This document shows positions 6,694 to 13,003 of a stretch of DNA of 14,153 nucleotides, piece after piece (position 1 is the stretch's first letter; each line of letters starts with the position of its first letter). The DNA is from a virus: IMG/VR virus record IMGVR_UViG_3300029930_000719, one strand, 5' to 3'. A program made the position numbers and the translations under genes. Below the pieces are notes generated by a model. The model saw only the letters and a program-made list of their open reading frames with translations. It made no database searches and was not told the DNA's origin.

Positions 6694-7335
6694 ATGGATC
6701 GTAATATTGGCATATTTATTATCGGTATTTCATTGTTATATTTTGTAACAATGAAATCAGTTGTTGCCAATATTGATCCTGAAACCGAAGATGCGGCAAT
6801 ATCAAAAGCATATAATCTGCATTTGATACCGGGAAGGCAAAACAATTATAGAAGCGGTCAAATACCAAAAAACAAATTGGCTGCTTTTATCAAAAAATAT
6901 GGTATTAAGCATATCATTCGCATGAATGGTAACGGGGCAGATAGCCGGATGCGGTCAAGTGATCCCTATACATCCATAGCAGAGGAAAAAAAGATATGCG
7001 AAGAAAATGGTTGTGAGTTTCATTTTGTAAGTCCACACAAAGGATATATACCGGGAAAAGGATATGTATCAAGTGCAAATGAAATAGCCGGAATATTAAA
7101 ACAAGGCAATACTTGGATTCATTGTTTATGGGGTGCAGATCGTACCGGAGGCATGGTAGCTGCTTATCTAAAAAAATCCGGTATTATGCCGGATGAAAGG
7201 GTATTGTGGTCTTATACTACAAAATACAACAATTGGAAAGACTATATAAAACGCGGTAAATTTTATGGATCGGGTTTTGATAAATATGCGGAAACTTTTA
7301 TACCATTGTCAAAAGTAAAAGAATTGACAAAATGA
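6694..7335 (+). CDS. Membrane-anchored Cys-based (CX5R) protein-tyrosine/dual-specificity-phosphatase-fold protein (213 aa).
   Basis: P-loop HCLWGADRTGG (Cys codon 7123-7125, Arg codon 7141-7143) matches HCxxGxxR(S/T)G. The upstream YRSGQIP...GIKHIIRMNG resembles the N-terminal part of bacterial PTP-like families. N-terminal TM segment IGIFIIGISLLYFVTM. Confidence 0.7.
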   Translation: MDRNIGIFIIGISLLYFVTMKSVVANIDPETEDAAISKAYNLHLIPGRQNNYRSGQIPKNKLAAFIKKYGIKHIIRMNGNGADSRMRSSDPYTSIAEEKKICEENGCEFHFVSPHKGYIPGKGYVSSANEIAGILKQGNTWIHCLWGADRTGGMVAAYLKKSGIMPDERVLWSYTTKYNNWKDYIKRGKFYGSGFDKYAETFIPLSKVKELTK

Positions 7336-8030
7336 TTACAAGTACTACAAATGAAAAGTTTAAAAAGTTTGCAGATCACGTTTTTGTAAACGAAGGACAT
7401 CGTGATAGCAACCAAAAGGATAGTGCAAGTAAGTGCATACCTGGCAAAGTACATACCGTATATGGTGTTACTTATTGCGTATTTAAAGAAAGGGCAGCAC
7501 GTTTGGGCATAACTCCGGTTACTTATGAAAGGTTTTACAATTTAACAAAGGCCGATTTTATTAAATTTTTGTGGGATGAATATAGAAACAATCCTTGGTA
7601 TAATTTGAGTGAATCCGGTGCGTTTGCAATGACAGAGGCAAATTGGTTAAGTGGAAAATCAACGTGGCGTCATGCAATGGATACTTTAATAAAATTTAAA
7701 ATACCAAATATTCCAAAAGTCAGAAAATATCCATATTTATATACGAAGGCAGAACAAGAACAAATAATTGAGGCAGCAAAAAAAATACCAATAGATAAGT
7801 TTTGGGATACTTATACACAATTTTATTACGATTGGTTTGATCGTCTTGGAAAAACTGCCTATGGTGTTACTTTTAGGAATGGATGGCTACGAAGAGTAAG
7901 AGAATTTAGAGCATTTAGAGATTTTTTTCTAAAAGGGGACAAAATAGTAGGTAAGGAATCTGATCCTTTTTTTTTTCCAATAGTGCTGATCGGTAGTTAT
8001 TTTGCCTATAAAATGCTTAAAAAACGTTAG
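7332..8030 (+). CDS. Putative GH108-like muramidase/endolysin with a C-terminal membrane anchor (232 aa).
   Basis: FADHVFVNEGHRDSNQKDS...HTVYGVTY resembles the GH108 N-terminal pattern (xxxEGGyxxxxxDxGGxTxxGIT), and LTKADFIKFLWDEYRNNPW follows. The C-terminus is PFFFPIVLIGSYFAYKMLKKR. ATGA overlap with the phosphatase gene. The family call is by eye. Confidence 0.5.
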   Translation: MITSTTNEKFKKFADHVFVNEGHRDSNQKDSASKCIPGKVHTVYGVTYCVFKERAARLGITPVTYERFYNLTKADFIKFLWDEYRNNPWYNLSESGAFAMTEANWLSGKSTWRHAMDTLIKFKIPNIPKVRKYPYLYTKAEQEQIIEAAKKIPIDKFWDTYTQFYYDWFDRLGKTAYGVTFRNGWLRRVREFRAFRDFFLKGDKIVGKESDPFFFPIVLIGSYFAYKMLKKR

Positions 8031-8055
8031 TTAGAGGGCGATTCAATTAAGGGTC

Positions 8056-8084
8056 GGGAGGGATTTTTATCCTTCCCTTTTTTT
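8056..8084 (+). terminator. Rho-independent terminator closing the long late module.
   Basis: GGGAGGGAT-TTTT-ATCCTTCCC forms a 9-bp stem with one G-T wobble, followed by TTTTTTT. It lies 26 nt after the stop at 8030. Confidence 0.65.
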
Positions 8085-8098
8085 ATGCTTTTCATTGT

Positions 8099-8122
8099 AC
8101 TGTATAATACACTGTATTAATT
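8099..8122. promoter_or_regulatory. Tandem 12-mer ACTGTATAATAC / ACTGTATTAATT containing the 11-nt palindrome TGTATAATACA. Operator-like site.
   Basis: Read directly from the sequence. It lies between the terminator and the candidate early promoter. Confidence 0.35.
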
Positions 8123-8135
8123 TTTTAGAAAAAAA

Positions 8136-8168
8136 TTTGGTTCGTATTGTTTTTTTCCCTTAATATTG
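8136..8168 (+). promoter_or_regulatory. Candidate Bacteroidota-type promoter (-33 TTTG, -7 TAATATTG) for the early module.
   Basis: TTTG at 8136-8139 and TAATATTG at 8161-8168 (one mismatch to TAnnTTTG) are separated by 21 nt. The first ATG downstream is at 8201. Confidence 0.35.
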
Positions 8169-8200
8169 TTCTGACAAATGATTTTTAACTTACAAAATTT

Positions 8201-8287
8201 ATGCGTATGCAACAAAAAACCGATGCACTCAAGATCATTGCTATTGTGATCTTATCCATTCTTATTTGCTTTGCGGATAGTATATGA
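8201..8287 (+). CDS. Possible 28-aa hydrophobic micro-protein.
   Basis: MRMQQKTDALKIIAIVILSILICFADSI. Its stop overlaps the next ATG as ATGA. It could be chance in AT-rich DNA. Confidence 0.3.
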   Translation: MRMQQKTDALKIIAIVILSILICFADSI

Positions 8288-8403
8288 AACAATTGGCATA
8301 TATATTGGCCATGTTGTATTTCATTTTAATTGCTATACCTATATGGCTGATATATTCAATTTTAGCACTATTTGCAATAATTTATTTAAAACTAAAAAAA
8401 TGA
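8284..8403 (+). CDS. Possible 39-aa single-TM micro-protein.
   Basis: MKQLAYILAMLYFILIAIPIWLIYSILALFAIIYLKLKK. ATGA-type overlaps at both ends link it to 8201..8287 and 8400..8612. Confidence 0.35.
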   Translation: MKQLAYILAMLYFILIAIPIWLIYSILALFAIIYLKLKK

Positions 8404-8612
8404 TGATGGCAACTATTGTACTCAATTATGATCCTAATTATTATTGGGATGAATTTCTAAAAACTTACAATTTAAGGCACGAACTAATTTTTAATGAGCC
8501 TAATAAATTTATTTTGTATTACTACGATGATTTTCATATTTTGAAAATCGGTTATGAATTTGGTTTATTTTGTCAAAAAAAACTTACTGAAAATGCTATA
8601 CAACAATCTTAA
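8400..8612 (+). CDS. Hypothetical early protein (70 aa from ATG 8400).
   Basis: This is the ATG-initiated part of track ORF 8271..8612: MMMATIVLNYDPNYYWDEF.... The track start at 8271 is a TTG and its N-terminal 43 aa look non-protein-like. Confidence 0.6.
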   Translation: MMMATIVLNYDPNYYWDEFLKTYNLRHELIFNEPNKFILYYYDDFHILKIGYEFGLFCQKKLTENAIQQS

Positions 8613-8844
8613 GGAAACATTTGATGAAATACGTTTTCAAGAGGAAAAAAAGGCAAAATTGGAAAAATTGTTAAGTGTATCAAAGTATAATAATATTCAA
8701 ATACATTTCATTGCTGATAAGCAATTGCAGACAATTTACCAAAGCGATTGCCCTTACAACCTTGAAAATGAAATAAAGCTATTGTTAAACGATATGATCA
8801 ATGAAATAAATTTACATATTCACTCACTCAAAACACAATTATGA
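8554..8844 (+). CDS. Hypothetical early protein, helical and charged. The start is possibly the internal ATG at 8593.
   Basis: ORF with coiled-coil-like EEKKAKLEKLL. ATGA overlap with the next gene. Confidence 0.6.
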   Translation: MNLVYFVKKNLLKMLYNNLKETFDEIRFQEEKKAKLEKLLSVSKYNNIQIHFIADKQLQTIYQSDCPYNLENEIKLLLNDMINEINLHIHSLKTQL

Positions 8845-9044
8845 AAAAAGGAATCGCCCCAAAAAAAACAAATGACAATTTTCAAGTATCATTCAAAATT
8901 TATTTTGAAAAAAAAGGTTTTGGTAAAGAAATCATTTGCACTAAAAAAGATGGCCTAAATGTTATAGAAATAGGCATTATCATGACATTATTGGAATCAT
9001 GGAAACAAGAATTAATTAACGATTTTTCTTTATTATCAAAATAA
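8841..9044 (+). CDS. Hypothetical early protein (67 aa).
   Basis: ORF coupled by ATGA to the upstream gene. No motif recognised. Confidence 0.6.
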   Translation: MKKGIAPKKTNDNFQVSFKIYFEKKGFGKEIICTKKDGLNVIEIGIIMTLLESWKQELINDFSLLSK

Positions 9045-9050
9045 ACAATT

Positions 9051-9269
9051 ATGAAAAAGTACACACACGAAGGCCGGATTTATTATTTTCACGTTTTTGT
9101 TACTGATCACATTACTCCTTTCATGCTTTTGTCCACAACGGAAGATCCCGGGCAAGGAATGCAAAAAGTTTACTTTTTGTCAAGGTATAGTATGAAATAT
9201 GCAATGGAGGATTTTCACAAATTTATTTTGCTTATGGAAACCAAAAAGGCCAATAGTGCGGTGCAATAA
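9051..9269 (+). CDS. Hypothetical early protein (72 aa).
   Basis: ORF with an A-rich leader. No motif recognised. Confidence 0.55.
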   Translation: MKKYTHEGRIYYFHVFVTDHITPFMLLSTTEDPGQGMQKVYFLSRYSMKYAMEDFHKFILLMETKKANSAVQ

Positions 9270-9417
9270 TTGTAGAAAGTTATTTGTGGTTAGTAAGTAT
9301 AAAGGGCGGGTCGGTTATCCGATCTGCCCCCATTGTTTAACGATCAATAAAAAATCAAAAAATGAAACAAACAAACAAAGATTTACCCGCAATGCCGGTA
9401 CATCCATTTCAAGATAA
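9199..9417 (+). CDS. Small zinc-ribbon protein. The start is uncertain: ATG 9199 or in-frame GTG 9256.
   Basis: CNNC-x19-CPHC (VRCNNCRKLFVVSKYKGRVGYPICPHCL) followed by a basic tail. The ORF overlaps both neighbours in different frames. Confidence 0.5.
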   Translation: MQWRIFTNLFCLWKPKRPIVRCNNCRKLFVVSKYKGRVGYPICPHCLTINKKSKNETNKQRFTRNAGTSISR

Positions 9418-9613
9418 ATTTAGTGGACAAACAATATTTTTAACCGGATTTACAAAACAAGAAGCAGTTGCCCTTGAAATATTTAAGGCCCATATTGTAA
9501 ATAATACCGATTGGGCAGATGATCCGGTACACAATGAAGCAATTAAATTTTGCTTTGAACTTGCTGAAAAATTTTGTGCATATTTGGAAAGTAAAGACCA
9601 AATGCCTATTTAA
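9362..9613 (+). CDS. Hypothetical early protein (83 aa).
   Basis: ORF with TAATG coupling to the ATPase gene. From memory, the pattern LPAMPV...GFTKQEAVALEIFKA resembles a small protein common in phages, of unknown function. Confidence 0.65.
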   Translation: MKQTNKDLPAMPVHPFQDKFSGQTIFLTGFTKQEAVALEIFKAHIVNNTDWADDPVHNEAIKFCFELAEKFCAYLESKDQMPI

Positions 9614-10572
9614 TGACAAATGATTTACACGAAAAACTTGCATCCCGAAAATTTAAACAAAACTTCTCCCCCCCTAATGAGGATATTATATTTAGTATAG
9701 CCGGGAAAAATATTGGCTGCACTCAATCTTTTGTTTGTTTTCAAGGTATGCCAAAACAAGGCAAAAGTCTATTTATTACTTCTGCCATAGCTTCTGCGTT
9801 TACTACATGGGATATATTTTCAATGAAAATAAATTTCCCAAAAGATAGGCGAAGGATATGCTATATAGATACGGAGAGTTCCGATTACGATTACTACAAA
9901 GTTTTGGAACGTATCAGACAACAAATGTTGGTTGATAATTTACCGGGTAATTTTGATTCATTTTTAATGAGGGAAGATGATCCAAATACGATCATTCAAA
10001 TGATTGATCTTTATTTGAATGAAAATAAGGATTGCTCGGTACTTGTTATTGATGGCATATTGGATTTAATCGCAGATTTTAACTCCGTTGAACAAAGTTT
10101 CTATTTAATACAATGGCTGAAAAAAATAACTAAAATTCACAATTTACTTATCCTTTGCGTTTTGCATCTTGGCAAAAAAGATCAAAACTCAATTGGACAT
10201 ATTGGATCGTATTTAGATCGCAAAAGTCAATCGGTATTAAAGATTGAAAAAAATAAGGATCGCAAAACAATTGACCTATATGCAACATTTTTAAGGTCAT
10301 CGGATGAATTTGATCCGATAAGTATTCAATACCAAGGCGGTCAATGGTACCAAGTAAATGATGACAAAGTAAATAAACAAGATTACATATATGGTGTTGA
10401 AAAAAGAACTTTGTTATTTAAGATTATTTCCGATCCAACTTCATACAATGATCTGATAAATAATTTTTGCGAATTAACCGGAAAAAGTCAATCAACTGCA
10501 AAAAAGGTAATTAAGGATTGGATATTGGATGGAACAATTGTTAAGATTAACGATAAGTACAAAATCAAATAA
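9613..10572 (+). CDS. RecA-fold P-loop ATPase of the RepA/DnaB-like (AAA_25-type) helicase kind, with a C-terminal extra domain. Candidate replication initiator-helicase.
   Basis: Walker A GMPKQGKS (9745-9768) and Walker B VLVIDGILD (10039-10065). ICYIDTESS follows Walker A, and ILCVLHLGKKDQNSIGHIGS resembles the H..K...GS region of RepA-like helicases. The roughly 80-aa C-terminal tail could be a winged-helix domain. The family call is by eye. Confidence 0.7.
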   Translation: MTNDLHEKLASRKFKQNFSPPNEDIIFSIAGKNIGCTQSFVCFQGMPKQGKSLFITSAIASAFTTWDIFSMKINFPKDRRRICYIDTESSDYDYYKVLERIRQQMLVDNLPGNFDSFLMREDDPNTIIQMIDLYLNENKDCSVLVIDGILDLIADFNSVEQSFYLIQWLKKITKIHNLLILCVLHLGKKDQNSIGHIGSYLDRKSQSVLKIEKNKDRKTIDLYATFLRSSDEFDPISIQYQGGQWYQVNDDKVNKQDYIYGVEKRTLLFKIISDPTSYNDLINNFCELTGKSQSTAKKVIKDWILDGTIVKINDKYKIK

Positions 10573-10577
10573 AAAGA

Positions 10578-10594
10578 CCGGAGCAATGCTCCGG
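10578..10594. other. GC-rich hairpin after the ATPase gene.
   Basis: CCGGAGC-AAT-GCTCCGG forms a 7-bp stem. There is no T-run on the + strand; the A-run upstream would be a T-run only on the empty minus strand. Confidence 0.3.
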
Positions 10595-10625
10595 CCCGAC
10601 AAATGATTCTCCGCGTACGAAAAAC

Positions 10626-10637
10626 CACCTTTTTTCA
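10626..10637 (+). repeat. Degenerate third copy (CACCTTTTTTCA core) of the 22-nt element.
   Basis: The 12-nt core is identical to the centre of the 22-mer, including the six-T spacer. It lies 27 nt upstream of the ATG at 10665. Confidence 0.6.
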
Positions 10638-10664
10638 ATTTCAAAATTAGATAAATTCTAACAA

Positions 10665-10856
10665 ATGACAAAACTTTATACTGCAATAGTATTTTTTTAT
10701 CCCAATAGTCATATCAAACCCCGGAAATATCGTAACATAAATAACATTGAAAATTTCCTAAAATTTGCCAAAAAAGAGGGTGGGTGGTATGTGAACCTAT
10801 ATTGCAAATTATCTGCCAAATTTGAGGCCCGGAAGTACCTTACAATTGATTCTTAA
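10665..10856 (+). CDS. Hypothetical protein (63 aa).
   Basis: ORF bracketed by the hairpin/motif upstream and a terminator downstream. Confidence 0.55.
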   Translation: MTKLYTAIVFFYPNSHIKPRKYRNINNIENFLKFAKKEGGWYVNLYCKLSAKFEARKYLTIDS

Positions 10857-10882
10857 TTAGTGGATGCACTCCGGCAAAACGT

Positions 10883-10907
10883 AAAAGGGCAATTTTGCCC
10901 TTTTTTT
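10883..10907 (+). terminator. Rho-independent terminator closing the early module.
   Basis: AAAAGGGCA-ATTT-TGCCC followed by TTTTTTT. It lies 27 nt after the stop at 10856. Confidence 0.6.
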
Positions 10908-10913
10908 GTTTTA

Positions 10914-11068
10914 CCAAAGGTCAAAAAAGGTGGGTTAGAAATTTTTAGGTCAAATCAGGTCAAAAAATTTCAAGTCAGAACAACTCAATCCCCATGGCAG
11001 GGTTATTTTTCCCCCTATAGGGGTAAAAATAAACCTTAAAACTGACCTTGGGGTTGAAAAAATGACCT
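10914..11068. promoter_or_regulatory. Origin-like or operator region with phased AGGTCA iterons flanking a palindrome.
   Basis: AGGTCAAA occurs at 10918-10925, 10947-10954 and 10957-10964. Variants are GGTGGG at 10929-10934 and AAGTCAGA at 10972-10979. Inverted TGACCT occurs at 11043-11048 and 11063-11068. Spacings of 10 and 20 bp recur. An AT-rich tract follows (11070-11127). Confidence 0.55.
11001..11035. repeat. 35-nt imperfect palindrome GGTTATTTTTCCCCCTATAGGGGTAAAAATAAACC.
   Basis: 17-nt arms with one C-T mismatch and one bulged A. The centre, CCCCTATAGGGG, is a perfect palindrome. Confidence 0.85.
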
Positions 11069-11096
11069 AAATATTTTTTTTTTGAATAATTTTCAG

Positions 11097-11104
11097 TAAT
11101 TTTG
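11097..11104 (+). promoter_or_regulatory. Candidate Bacteroidota -7 promoter element TAATTTTG for the late module.
   Basis: Exact match to TAnnTTTG, 24 nt upstream of the ATG at 11128. The -33 region is only T-rich, and the nearest TTTG (11081-11084) is too close. Confidence 0.3.
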
Positions 11105-11127
11105 ATAAAACATTTGAAAATTTTAAA

Positions 11128-11556
11128 ATGCCAAATTTAATTTTCATCGCTGCTGCCGGGCTTGGTGCGTGGTGGCTTCTCGGCAGAGGTGCATTAGCTG
11201 CAAAATCAAAAATTTTATTTCGGAGATTGAAAGTTATCGGTCGCGGTTTGTCGCTACAATTTGAATTAACTTTTGCAATTCAAAATCCAACCAATCAAAC
11301 ATCAACAATATCCGCAGTTACCGGAGAAGTTTATGTAAATGACAAATTGATTGCGGATTTTTCTTCATTCCAAGAGCAAAAAGTAAATCCAAAATCACAA
11401 AGCGAATTTAAAATCGTTGCTACTCCATCCGGCGGTATCATTCAACTTTTATCAAGTAAAGGATGGTTAAAACCGGGAGTTGCTTACATTGTAAAAGGTA
11501 CAATGAATGCAGACGGATTGTTGATTCCTTTTGAATATCGTACAAGGTTGTTTTGA
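11128..11556 (+). CDS. Membrane-anchored beta-sandwich protein (142 aa), LEA_2/LEA14-like by motif.
   Basis: N-terminal TM LIFIAAAGLGAWWLL. FAIQNPTNQTSTISAVTGEVYVNDKLIADFSS...VNPKSQSEFKIV resembles the NPN-containing LEA_2 pattern. This is a low-certainty call by eye. Confidence 0.7.
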   Translation: MPNLIFIAAAGLGAWWLLGRGALAAKSKILFRRLKVIGRGLSLQFELTFAIQNPTNQTSTISAVTGEVYVNDKLIADFSSFQEQKVNPKSQSEFKIVATPSGGIIQLLSSKGWLKPGVAYIVKGTMNADGLLIPFEYRTRLF

Positions 11557-12704
11557 TGAATAGGGAATATATCTTGGGAAAATTAACGCAGTTCAATGGA
11601 ACTAAACGTTTGTTGGTAAATGATCAACAAGTCCCGGATATTATGAGTGCAATGTTATCTGCTCACAAAATTTATTCAAATGAATACGATAAAATTAGTG
11701 AAGATTTTTATGGAGGTAATGGTGTTCAAAGTGCGGAGAAAATTTTCAACTTTCTCAAGAAAAATATTAAATACAAAATAGAATCTGACAAAAACCAAAG
11801 GATCATGAGTCCGGGTGCAATTGTCAGTCTTGCAAAAAATGATTGTAAAAACTATTCATTATTTGCCGCCGGAATATTGGATTCGCTGAAAAGAAAGGGA
11901 TTGATTGATGATGATATTTATTTTCGTTTTGCTTCATATCGGTTGCTTGACGTGATGCCACATCACGTTTTTGTAGTATTAAAAGATAAAAACGGATTTG
12001 AATATTGGATCGATCCGGTATTAAATACATTCAACGAAAGGAAAATGTATTATCACAAAATTGATAAAAAAGTAAATGGTATGCCACTATATGCAATTTC
12101 CGGTGTAGGATCAACGATTGGTGCTGCAAAGGATAAACCAAAAGAAAAAAAGAAAATAGTATTGAAAATTGCCCTTGCTCCGGCAAGAGGTGCATTTCTT
12201 TTGTTGGTCGGTCTGAATTTCATGGGCCTTGCAACAAAAATTAAAAATGCTTTTGACAATAGGGCAGATGCAACTCAAAATTGGTGGAAAAATTTAGGTG
12301 GTAATCCAAATGAACTATTGAAAAAAACTGAACAAGGTGCAGCAAAAAAAAGATTGTTGGGCCAAGATGTTGAATTTCCAAGTGAAGGGCAAATCGGTGT
12401 TGTTGCTGCCGGAACTGCTGCTGCAACTGCAACTGCTGCCCCAATACTTATTAAGATTGCTGAATTTTTGCGATCAATTGGTATTGATCCAAAAGACATT
12501 GCAGAGGTAGGAAAGGAAATTTTGGCAAAGAAAATAAAAGGTGCGGTTGAAAGTAATTTGGAGGCTGAATACGAAATTGAACAAGCAAGTAACGAACAAG
12601 TAAGAGAAATTGTTGATAGTGCGGAGAATGCAGGAAAAACTAATTATATACCGATTTTGATTGGTGGAGCATTGGTTTTGTATTTTGTAACAAGGAAAAA
12701 GTAA
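11556..12704 (+). CDS. Transglutaminase-like (papain-fold Cys-His-Asp) enzyme with a C-terminal membrane/Ala-rich region. Candidate virion-associated cell-wall peptidase.
   Basis: NDCKNYSLF (Cys codon 11844-11846), MPHHVFVV (His codons 11961-11966) and WIDPV (Asp codon 12012-12014) have typical spacing. Hydrophobic segments are GAFLLLVGLNFMGLA, VVAAGTAAATATAAPILI and the terminal IPILIGGALVLYFV. ATG 11556 is preferred over the track's TTG at 11553. Confidence 0.7.
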   Translation: MNREYILGKLTQFNGTKRLLVNDQQVPDIMSAMLSAHKIYSNEYDKISEDFYGGNGVQSAEKIFNFLKKNIKYKIESDKNQRIMSPGAIVSLAKNDCKNYSLFAAGILDSLKRKGLIDDDIYFRFASYRLLDVMPHHVFVVLKDKNGFEYWIDPVLNTFNERKMYYHKIDKKVNGMPLYAISGVGSTIGAAKDKPKEKKKIVLKIALAPARGAFLLLVGLNFMGLATKIKNAFDNRADATQNWWKNLGGNPNELLKKTEQGAAKKRLLGQDVEFPSEGQIGVVAAGTAAATATAAPILIKIAEFLRSIGIDPKDIAEVGKEILAKKIKGAVESNLEAEYEIEQASNEQVREIVDSAENAGKTNYIPILIGGALVLYFVTRKK

Positions 12705-12726
12705 AATCACCTTTTTTCACCTTTAT
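12705..12726 (+). repeat. 22-nt element AATCACCTTTTTTCACCTTTAT, copy 2.
   Basis: Exact match to 1610-1631. It starts 1 nt after the stop at 12704, and its last two nt are the AT of the ATG at 12725. Confidence 0.9.
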
Positions 12727-13003
12727 GTTCAAAAAATATCCAGTAAAGGCCACAAAAAACGCAACCGAAGGATATATTTTGAACTTAATGAAAGGTAGCT
12801 GCAAAAATGCTACCGGAGTAAAAACGGCGATGAAATTGATAAATAGAGAGGCATTGAGTGAAAAATTTGTGAACAAAATGTACTCTTATTTGAAACGTGC
12901 GAAAGTTTATGTAGGTGAAAAAGATAGATGCGGTTACATATCGTATCAATTATGGGGGGGCAAGGAAATGTTGAAATGGTGTGAAAAAACTTTAAAAAAA
13001 TAA
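12725..13003 (+). CDS. Hypothetical protein (92 aa).
   Basis: ORF. From memory, the pattern GVKTAMKLINREALS..KMYSYLKRA...GYISYQLWGGKEMLKW resembles a widespread small phage-associated domain of unknown function. Confidence 0.65.
   Translation: MFKKYPVKATKNATEGYILNLMKGSCKNATGVKTAMKLINREALSEKFVNKMYSYLKRAKVYVGEKDRCGYISYQLWGGKEMLKWCEKTLKK

Noticed and set aside
8103-8108. TATAAT hexamer as a sigma-70 -10 box.
   Set aside because: It is part of the tandem 12-mer/palindrome and has no TTGACA-like -35 at appropriate spacing. The other signals suggest a Bacteroidota host, which uses TAnnTTTG instead.
8271-8399. TTG-initiated N-terminal extension of track ORF 8271..8612.
   Set aside because: The start is non-ATG and the 43 extra residues (RIVYETIGIYIGHVVFHFNCYTY...) look like out-of-frame translation. 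ATG 8400, coupled by an ATGA-type overlap, is the more economical start. This stays uncertain.
8815-8823. Possible HUH rolling-circle Rep motif (HIH in INLHIHSLKTQL). FHVFV in 9051..9269 was also checked.
   Set aside because: HIH sits at the extreme C-terminus of a 96-aa helical protein with no motif I or catalytic Tyr motif. FHVFV is not His-hydrophobic-His. There is no credible HUH endonuclease.
9242-9248. CAAAAAG as a programmed frameshift site linking 9051..9269 to the zinc-ribbon frame.
   Set aside because: It is not a canonical X_XXY_YYZ heptamer. Reaching the 9199 frame would need a +1 shift, not -1, and there is no obvious downstream structure.
11553-11555. TTG start at 11553 for the transglutaminase-like gene.
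   Set aside because: An ATG follows immediately at 11556 and forms a TGATG stop-start overlap like the other junctions in this genome.
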